Below are positions 57,818 to 64,000 of a DNA stretch of 64,000 nucleotides, piece by piece. The notes below the pieces were generated by a model. It worked only from the letters and a program-made list of their open reading frames with translations. It searched no databases and had not been told where the DNA came from. The stretch is from a virus. Taxonomy: Duplodnaviria; Caudoviricetes. The position numbers were made by a program, and so were the translations under genes. The stretch lies in IMG/VR virus record IMGVR_UViG_3300029955_000001; one strand, given 5' to 3'. Within the stretch, counting starts at the first letter, position 1. Every line of letters starts with the position of its first letter.

Positions 57818-58348
57818 TTACGCGACATTCACAGCTTTTACAATACGTCTATTATGTTCTGCTTCTTCAACAAACGGTAATCCTATTTGTTCAGCAGCTT
57901 CTATTCGTCCAAATCCCTGATCACGTAAATCTTTATACATCGCGTAATCAGAAATAATACTAGGATACCAGCAATCAGGGCAATAATCATTTTTGTTACT
58001 TTTATTTAATATGTTCCCGCATGTTTTTCTTAAATGTGTTTTAGAAATAGCCTGGCAGCGTTTCTTAGGGGAGATTATTTGATCGATAATTTCTTTTTCT
58101 TGTTCTGGCGAGATCGCAATACGTTTAACGTATTTTCTAACTATGCGGTCATTATCAGTATCGTCAGGCACGATGAAACTAGACGGATCTTTATTTCTGT
58201 CCGCATTTATTTCATTGATAATATTTCCTGCTTCTTCTTTTCGAAATAGACGTTTTTTTCCAACATGTTTTTGAATCTCAGCAAACGTTAAAGTAAATGT
58301 AAAATTACGAAGAAGTTGATCAAGTGTTACTCTGCGTTCAAAAGTCAT
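57818..58348 (-). CDS. Hypothetical protein with CxxxL...C..C zinc-like motif
   Basis: 176 aa. Confidence 0.65.
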   Translation of the reverse strand: MTFERRVTLDQLLRNFTFTLTFAEIQKHVGKKRLFRKEEAGNIINEINADRNKDPSSFIVPDDTDNDRIVRKYVKRIAISPEQEKEIIDQIISPKKRCQAISKTHLRKTCGNILNKSNKNDYCPDCWYPSIISDYAMYKDLRDQGFGRIEAAEQIGLPFVEEAEHNRRIVKAVNVA

Positions 58349-58374
58349 TTACACACCCCTATGCGAATAGAAAA

Positions 58375-58404
58375 TAGCAGGAGAGCTATATAGCTCTCCT
58401 GCTA
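58375..58404. terminator. 14-bp hairpin
   Basis: tagcaggagagcta/tagctctcctgcta. Confidence 0.65.
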
Positions 58405-58411
58405 AAGTAAG

Positions 58412-59347
58412 TTACTTCATAATGCCAAATGCTGTAATGTGATTATAAGAAACTAAATCGACTCCATGTGTTCTAGGTGTTTCTATTGGTTTAGCAGATT
58501 TTATTTTATCAGACAAACCAGTTAGAGCTTTTAATTTATTGTCTTTAGGTTTCCCATAAAAGGCAATATCACATAGTTCGAATGCTGGTTGAAGTGATTC
58601 TTTATGCATCTTACGCTGACGTTCTAAGAACACTGTTGCTTCCTCACCAGGCAGACGAATACCTCGCACATCTGTTAGTTTACGTTTAGTTCCATACTGA
58701 CCATCGTGCCTTAACGTCGAACTAAAACTACTGCTTCGGCAATAGTAATTATCGTCCTTTTCGCCTGGTAACTTAGGAAATTCGATGGAATCTACTCCAT
58801 AAACACTGAACACATAAGGACCACAGAAAATTCCTTTATCTATGTCAAAGCGATAACAATATGGAAATTTATTAGCACTTTCATTTATAGATTGTGTTTC
58901 AGCATCGACCGAAATCACAGCTTCGTCAGCTGTTAAATTACCGAACATGCTGTCAGTGGGGAAAGAATGCAACTCTATCATAGAACGCAAGGCGACGAGC
59001 ATGTGATTTTGATTAGACACGTCTTTAACCCCAACTGCAGCTTCTTTACCACTAGCTACCAGGGCAAATGGATTAAGATCCGACGCATTACCATTAACTG
59101 CCAAGCTGTTAACATTGTAAGCTTCGGCTTTACCACGAAAATAATCGCCAATAGCTTTTGTATCGTCAGTAGTAAAAGTAGCAAAGAAACTGACCTTTGC
59201 AACTTCGTTTTCAAGAATGCTATAAAAAGCTTTTAACTTATAGTTAGGCGATACGCCAGATTCGAAGAAATAAGTTTTAAAGTTTTCTTTATACCAGATG
59301 TTAAATTCATTTATAATTTCAGGATACATAATTTTATATTCTTTCAA
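58412..59347 (-). CDS. Hypothetical protein
   Basis: 311-aa ORF; no motif recognised. Confidence 0.7.
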   Translation of the reverse strand: MKEYKIMYPEIINEFNIWYKENFKTYFFESGVSPNYKLKAFYSILENEVAKVSFFATFTTDDTKAIGDYFRGKAEAYNVNSLAVNGNASDLNPFALVASGKEAAVGVKDVSNQNHMLVALRSMIELHSFPTDSMFGNLTADEAVISVDAETQSINESANKFPYCYRFDIDKGIFCGPYVFSVYGVDSIEFPKLPGEKDDNYYCRSSSFSSTLRHDGQYGTKRKLTDVRGIRLPGEEATVFLERQRKMHKESLQPAFELCDIAFYGKPKDNKLKALTGLSDKIKSAKPIETPRTHGVDLVSYNHITAFGIMK

Positions 59348-59395
59348 TGTTATATATTTTAGTTTCTAAAATATGTTATTGGGAAAGTTTCTATT

Positions 59396-59821
59396 TTAAG
59401 CCCTTTCACTAACAGCATCAATCGAAATTATTTGGCATTGATCTACGATCTTTGTTCCAGATTTGAATTTAACAAAACCTCGCATTGCAAACTGAACTTT
59501 ATTTTCAGTTATTAACCTATCCAAAATTACCCCTTTTTCATTAGCGAGGGTCTCAATGTCTCCTGTTAACACATTGTCTTCGAATTTGAAATTAGAAACC
59601 TTATGAGATACATTATCTGCACTAACGATTAAACATCTCATTTGCCTTTCTGCGTCACTGAGACTCTTATCTTCTAATGCAGCTGGTCCACCTAGTTCTC
59701 CGAACAACGCCTGTTCTTTAGGTATGTGTTCAAAAGTTAATCTTAATACTTCAGCTGGGTATATACGGCCTTTCTTATTTTCTTTATCAGCTTCTTGAAT
59801 AATCTGGTTTACAAGTAACAT
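59396..59821 (-). CDS. T4 gp21-like prohead protease homolog, apparently catalytically degenerate
   Basis: N..GRIYP..VL, GELGGP, VSH.V and AMRG aligned to T4 gp21 NRNKRLYP, GELNHP and SSRG. Confidence 0.7.
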   Translation of the reverse strand: MLLVNQIIQEADKENKKGRIYPAEVLRLTFEHIPKEQALFGELGGPAALEDKSLSDAERQMRCLIVSADNVSHKVSNFKFEDNVLTGDIETLANEKGVILDRLITENKVQFAMRGFVKFKSGTKIVDQCQIISIDAVSERA

Positions 59822-59823
59822 TG

Positions 59824-60300
59824 TTACACCTCTGTTGTTTTAAATAAACCATCAGCATATCCTAGCTGATAACCTTCCCACAAGAAATGTGTTCCAACGT
59901 TTTTATACTTACCGATTTTATCTCCGTTGGATTCACCAAAAGCATCTTTCTCACCATAACGCTCGATGAATCTAGTAATGAATAAAATATTAGAATCTTT
60001 CTTATAAACAATCTTTTGAATATGCTCTTCAAACTTCAGACGTAGTGGATCATCTTTTGGCAATTCTTGATTTGGCATTTCGATTCCTTTATTACAACTG
60101 TTACGATTATTAAAATGTTCACCGATGTTAATAGATTCTAAACCAAGAAATGACAAAGCAAATGCAATGAATGGCGCGTATATTAATAATTTTTTAAATC
60201 TAGGATTTTCAGAAGTAAATACTCCAAATGAAATAAGTATAAGAATCACCACTAACGTCAGTAAAGCAATTCCTACCCAGCGGTATACATCTCCTAACAT
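59824..60300 (-). CDS. 2-TM membrane protein, possibly an in-frame fusion with a second small ORF
   Basis: Two TM segments; internal AAGGA..ATG at MPNQEL. Confidence 0.6.
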   Translation of the reverse strand: MLGDVYRWVGIALLTLVVILILISFGVFTSENPRFKKLLIYAPFIAFALSFLGLESINIGEHFNNRNSCNKGIEMPNQELPKDDPLRLKFEEHIQKIVYKKDSNILFITRFIERYGEKDAFGESNGDKIGKYKNVGTHFLWEGYQLGYADGLFKTTEV

Positions 60301-60334
60301 AGTTCTCTCCTATTAAAATACCTTGTTCAAACTA

Positions 60335-60352
60335 GTGATATATTGTTTAAAT
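60335..60352 (-). promoter_or_regulatory. Putative early-type promoter
   Basis: Minus-strand ATTTAAACAATATATCAC. Confidence 0.5.
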
Positions 60353-60447
60353 TATCTAGAATGCACGCGTCATAATGTTTACCATTTGTGTTAAAATAAA
60401 CAAAAAAATAAGGAAGAATCCCCCCCCCCTTATTTTTTACTTTAACA

Positions 60448-60630
60448 TTACGGCACAAGCGGCCAGTTGTTTTCCATCGGGGTAGTAGTTAAAACACGCG
60501 CTGCGATAATCACCCGGAACCAGAAGCCGGGATACCCACCACATGCATCCTTTACTTTGTCGCAGTTTTCATCCCATTCTTTACTGCTTTTTGATGACTT
60601 CATCAGTATTACAACTTCTTCTTCGTTCAT
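60448..60630 (-). CDS. Small hypothetical phage protein
   Basis: AAGGA RBS; W...CD.VK.A.GGYP.FW motif. Confidence 0.7.
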   Translation of the reverse strand: MNEEEVVILMKSSKSSKEWDENCDKVKDACGGYPGFWFRVIIAARVLTTTPMENNWPLVP

Positions 60631-60654
60631 GATATTTTTCCTTTTATATTAAGA

Positions 60655-60690
60655 CGGCATAGTAAGGAGAAGTTTTACCTCCTCCCTAGT
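60655..60690 (-). terminator. Hairpin + TATGCCG (minus strand)
   Basis: Imperfect aggag-containing stem; CGGCATA at 60655-60661. Confidence 0.5.
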
Positions 60691-60707
60691 TATTACTCGG
60701 TAGTGCC

Positions 60708-61298
60708 TCAAACATGTCGCTGCCCGAAAGCTTGCGGCACGTCAACTAGTCCAAAACCAGACAAAGCACTGGCTGTATTTTTATCAACTACATGAACTGT
60801 TTCCGGCTTAGCGTTTATGCGATCACGGCGATAGACATACTTTTCTGGTTTAGTTTGTTTTTCGGAATAAGCAGATGTGTCGAACGAGCCTGAGTATTCA
60901 GTATCAAAAACAACTTTTAGATTATTCGTACCTAAAAGTGAAAATACTGAAAGGTTATCGAAATCGTTGCTGACAGGCTTACGTGTTTTGATTGTCCGAA
61001 CTTCTGTTAAAGCTTCGCCGGTGCTGTGTTTTCCAAATATGAAATTTGGATTTGTAGGGAACGTCTTATTAAATAATAGTGAGTGGTGCTCATGTCTTAT
61101 ATCGTTGCATGAAGAACAACACGATTGACAAAATACGCCGAAATTAAAAGCACCTTTAACACTACCGCATTTGCATTGATACAACGTTTCATCTCCGACT
61201 AAATTTCGTATGGACTGCCATGTCTCGTTTAAGAGATTGCGACGGCGCGCAACTGCTTTTTCTAAGTAAGCTGCACGCGTCTCAATATTATCATTCAT
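60708..61298 (-). CDS. Protein containing an RNAP beta'-type zinc-binding motif
   Basis: YQCKCGSVKGAFNFGVFCQSC has the CxCG-x8-GVxCxxC spacing of the beta' ZBD ([20 protein letters not shown]). Confidence 0.6.
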   Translation of the reverse strand: MNDNIETRAAYLEKAVARRRNLLNETWQSIRNLVGDETLYQCKCGSVKGAFNFGVFCQSCCSSCNDIRHEHHSLLFNKTFPTNPNFIFGKHSTGEALTEVRTIKTRKPVSNDFDNLSVFSLLGTNNLKVVFDTEYSGSFDTSAYSEKQTKPEKYVYRRDRINAKPETVHVVDKNTASALSGFGLVDVPQAFGQRHV

Positions 61299-61308
61299 TT
61301 TTATTCCT

Positions 61309-61686
61309 TTAAAGAATTATAATCTTACGCATTTGTTGGTTTAAAGGCACATGTCCTTGCCAACACATTAACCAGTAACTTTCAGTTTGCGTATCAACTT
61401 GCGTTCTCCATACTTTTCCAACAGAGAGATCTTCTGGCACTGACTGACTATGTTCCAATAAAAGAAATGTTTCTCTATCCATAACAACATCAATGCCGTC
61501 CATTGCTACTTTATCTTTCAGTGGGTGGTGATGAAATACTCCACTATTATCTACAGTGTCCGGCAACGTATTAGTTTCATCTAGTAAGTGACTGACGATT
61601 AAATTATTGATACGCGAAGTCGTTTTTGAAATGGTTTCTTGTAGAGCTTTTTTACCTTCTACGCTAGAAAAATAGTCTTCATTCAT
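61309..61686 (-). CDS. Hypothetical protein
   Basis: AAGGAG RBS; S.P..L..GKVWR motif. Confidence 0.7.
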   Translation of the reverse strand: MNEDYFSSVEGKKALQETISKTTSRINNLIVSHLLDETNTLPDTVDNSGVFHHHPLKDKVAMDGIDVVMDRETFLLLEHSQSVPEDLSVGKVWRTQVDTQTESYWLMCWQGHVPLNQQMRKIIIL

Positions 61687-61687
61687 A

Positions 61688-61861
61688 CTACTCTCCTTTA
61701 TTTATTTGTTTATTCTCCACCGCAGGCTTACAAACAAACTTCTTTCCGAACTGTTTAGATTCTGAAGAAATATTACTCTCACAACGCATGAGAGTAATAT
61801 GTTTGTTTAGTTCGTAACCGGTGTAGATACCAAGGACGATCAAAATCACTACGCGCCACAT
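61688..61861 (-). CDS. 57-aa membrane protein (not in the ORF track)
   Basis: AAGGA RBS; MWRVVILIVLGIYTGYELNKHITLMRCE...FVCKP... Confidence 0.6.
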   Translation of the reverse strand: MWRVVILIVLGIYTGYELNKHITLMRCESNISSESKQFGKKFVCKPAVENKQINKGE

Positions 61862-61870
61862 ACTCGTTCC

Positions 61871-62098
61871 TTATAACGGATTGCCGTGACGATCAACGTG
61901 TGCTTCAGCTGCGGCTCTTACGAGTCGTTTCTCTGCATTAGCAAAATGTTTATCGCAATGTTCTTTTCCGAAGTAATGAATGTTTGATGGTGTATTTGAA
62001 TACGCTTGAGCATTGCACCACATCTTTATTTCACCAGGAAAAGCAGCACGATTACGATCGATTGCTTCTTGCTGCTTTTGTTGTTTTGACTTTGGCAT
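61871..62098 (-). CDS. Small hypothetical protein
   Basis: GGAG RBS. Confidence 0.7.
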   Translation of the reverse strand: MPKSKQQKQQEAIDRNRAAFPGEIKMWCNAQAYSNTPSNIHYFGKEHCDKHFANAEKRLVRAAAEAHVDRHGNPL

Positions 62099-62101
62099 AA
62101 A

Positions 62102-62311
62102 TTACTCCAGTTGGTGAATTTCCTTAAACCATTCTGCTGAGTTGAACTCAACAAACTTCTTCTTGAAGTCACGGATATGGTCATCTGCTCTGCTTTCCAG
62201 ATAACCTTCCATGTGGTCAATATTACTCTTATCTTCAGGCTCAGCAATGACTGCTGATACTACTTTTTGGTTACCTGGAAGATGACGTAGTACAACGATG
62301 CATTGTTTCAT
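62102..62311 (-). CDS. Small hypothetical protein
   Basis: AAGGAG RBS. Confidence 0.7.
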   Translation of the reverse strand: MKQCIVVLRHLPGNQKVVSAVIAEPEDKSNIDHMEGYLESRADDHIRDFKKKFVEFNSAEWFKEIHQLE

Positions 62312-62328
62312 GATAAACTCCTTTTCCT

Positions 62329-62536
62329 TTATGCGTAATACATACTGTCATCAACGATCTGTTGTTGCAATTCACTCAGTTCAACGAGTGTGATTTTTGT
62401 ATCGAGCGGGCGTTGTTTAACCGCGTCCATGCATAGACTTTTGATGTGCTTCTCTCTTAGCACGTTTTCAGCTTGTTTCACAGCTTGACCGACTGTGTAC
62501 TTCTTCTCGGTCTTTTTCAGAATGTGTATAACGCAT
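62329..62536 (-). pseudogene. 68-aa gene with a +1 frameshift right after the start
   Basis: Strong RBS + ATG at 62536. Deleting one T gives MRIHILKKTEKKYTVGQAVKQAENVLREKH...YYA*. Confidence 0.55.
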
Positions 62537-62550
62537 GATGCTTCCTTTCC

Positions 62551-63201
62551 TTAATTAAAAGCGATAGCGATATCGAAGTATCCTTTCGATTTAAGCCGTG
62601 TATTTGGTGTACATGTCACAACGCAGTTGAGTTCCTTTTGAATTTTCTTCACAAGGTATTCATAGTGTTGCTGTAACATGCTGGCGCGTTCCTTGTCTTC
62701 TTTCATTACTTCGTGAACACCTTTCAGTAATTCTTGCAGATAGCGTCTTGCCCCAAAATAGGTATAGATCACTTTACTGCTGAACTGGTATTCACTATCC
62801 AACAACTGCCTGTTAATAATGTTGTCAGAAGCGTCACTCAGTTGGCCATAAGAGGCCCGTGGAATTTGATTGGTGTAGATCTTACCGTCATCTGTTGTGA
62901 AGATAAAACCGTCGTATTGAATCACGTCGTCATAGTCACCGGGGACTTTGTGATGCCCTGTACACGTCAGCTTAATAACGTCGAGCATCAGCAGCTTATC
63001 CGACCACGGGATAAACTTCGAATAAGCGCCGCCTTCGGATTTATTGCCGTTAGGGTACTGTATACTGTACCCAATTGCTGCGACTACATCGCCGACGTTG
63101 AAACGCATTCTTGCTGGTGCTGGTGTGCTGTTCAGCCCGACTGGACCTGGATCTTTACTAATTTCTTTTTCCAAATCAGCTACTTGTTGTTGTGCGTTCA
63201 T
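62551..63201 (-). CDS. Hypothetical protein
   Basis: AAGGA RBS; 216 aa. Confidence 0.72.
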   Translation of the reverse strand: MNAQQQVADLEKEISKDPGPVGLNSTPAPARMRFNVGDVVAAIGYSIQYPNGNKSEGGAYSKFIPWSDKLLMLDVIKLTCTGHHKVPGDYDDVIQYDGFIFTTDDGKIYTNQIPRASYGQLSDASDNIINRQLLDSEYQFSSKVIYTYFGARRYLQELLKGVHEVMKEDKERASMLQQHYEYLVKKIQKELNCVVTCTPNTRLKSKGYFDIAIAFN

Positions 63202-63420
63202 GATTTTTCCTTTGTGTTTGATGTGTTGTTATTACAAATACGACAGTGAAAATTCTTTTATTTTGTACTTCAACTTCGATAATTCTCCTATTTAATCTAT
63301 ATTAACTATAGAAATAAAATACATTCCATAACTAACTACTCTGTGAATTTGAGTAATTAGTTACAGGATATAAATTACTCAGCAGATTTTTCAGTTGGTC
63401 AGTTCACCAAACTCGGTCTA

Positions 63421-64000
63421 TTAAGAAGCGAAATGATCGCCGCCGTATACTTTACGTACATAGTTACCGTCGCGCGGATCGTCCTGTCCTTCTGGTACGA
63501 TAAGTGCGTTTGATGCCGATTGTGGAAGTCCCCGACGAATTTTTTCGCCTAGGACGTAAGCATCTTTATCAACAAAACCATTATCCTTCAGCCAGTTTGC
63601 ACAGTCGGGATAGTTAGAAATCTTATCCCAGTCATTACTGCAAATGGCTTTAGCGCCCTCGACATTATTGCGCTCAAGTTCACTGCATACTTGGCGAAGA
63701 CAAGGTACGCCGCGATCATCGTTGTGCTTTGCTTGCATCATAAACAGATCACGCAAGTCGCCTTTGTAGTTATAACTGACCGGTTTAAAGATCTCAGCCG
63801 TATAGGACCGAGACGCAATACATTCACCAAGAGATACTTTCTTGACAAAGAACATCGCTGATCCCTTAGGTTTACTACGATTAAGCGCTAAGGCACTTTG
63901 TAGTAACGGTTGCGGGTAAACGGTGCCGTCGCTAAGCTTTGATGGTTCTTCAGCTAACTCTTTATTCATCGTAGCAATGGCTTCTTCTTGCGTAGAAAAA
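63421..64000 (-). CDS. Hypothetical protein, 5' end outside the window
   Basis: Frame stays open to the window end (FSTQEEAIATMNK...). Confidence 0.65.
   Translation of the reverse strand, partial: FSTQEEAIATMNKELAEEPSKLSDGTVYPQPLLQSALALNRSKPKGSAMFFVKKVSLGECIASRSYTAEIFKPVSYNYKGDLRDLFMMQAKHNDDRGVPCLRQVCSELERNNVEGAKAICSNDWDKISNYPDCANWLKDNGFVDKDAYVLGEKIRRGLPQSASNALIVPEGQDDPRDGNYVRKVYGGDHFAS

Noticed and set aside
60420-60429. C10 homopolymer in an AT-rich intergenic terminator-like region
   Set aside because: Non-coding and probably a degenerate hairpin arm or a run-length artefact; no evidence for phase variation of a gene.
61764-61800. 12-bp hairpin ATATTACTCTCA/TGAGAGTAATAT with promoter-like bases
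   Set aside because: It lies within the coding sequence of the 57-aa membrane gene, and no second feature supports a regulatory role.
2453-63295. Numerous short ORF-track entries overlapping longer genes on the opposite strand or in other frames
   Set aside because: Fully nested in better-supported CDSs, and lacking RBSs and recognisable motifs.
1-64000. CRISPR array, tRNA or rRNA genes
   Set aside because: No regularly spaced repeat-spacer array and no cloverleaf with T-loop/D-loop consensus were recognised by eye; tRNAscan-SE would be needed to be certain.

Overview
AT-rich, densely coding 64 kb segment of a phiKZ-like jumbo phage (Chimalliviridae-type) that probably infects a Gram-negative host. 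All family assignments come from motif recognition and synteny, not database searches. Core block (1-46.7 kb): SbcC/Rad50-like ATPase, tail-fibre/baseplate cluster, holin plus lytic transglycosylase, spanin pair, RuvC, portal, non-virion RNAP beta-type subunit, major capsid protein, DnaB-like helicase, internal head proteins and an SF2 helicase. Accessory block (46.9-64 kb, almost all minus strand, behind repeated early-type promoters): Thg1-like 3'-5' polymerase, ATP-dependent DNA ligase, dCTP deaminase, GNAT, DUF4116 repeat protein and many small hypotheticals. Five observations stand out. (1) There are three OMEGA (IS200/IS605-derived RNA-guided) loci in which the RNA has outlived the nuclease: a truncated IscB with a full omega-RNA, a second stand-alone omega-RNA 5' module with a different guide, and an internally deleted TnpB with its 3' omega-RNA, bounded by a 12-bp direct repeat and lying between an early promoter and the RNAP-subunit operon. 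(2) Stand-alone mimics of host RNA-polymerase domains occur: two alpha-CTD-like proteins and one beta' zinc-finger-like protein. (3) A 1477-aa tail fibre has nested domain insertions and a Pro/Ala stalk-and-knob insert in a C-type-lectin-like tip. (4) A hairpin+TATGCCG signal recurs at eight gene ends. (5) Several single-base lesions are confined to small accessory genes. No tRNA, rRNA, CRISPR array or reverse transcriptase was recognised.
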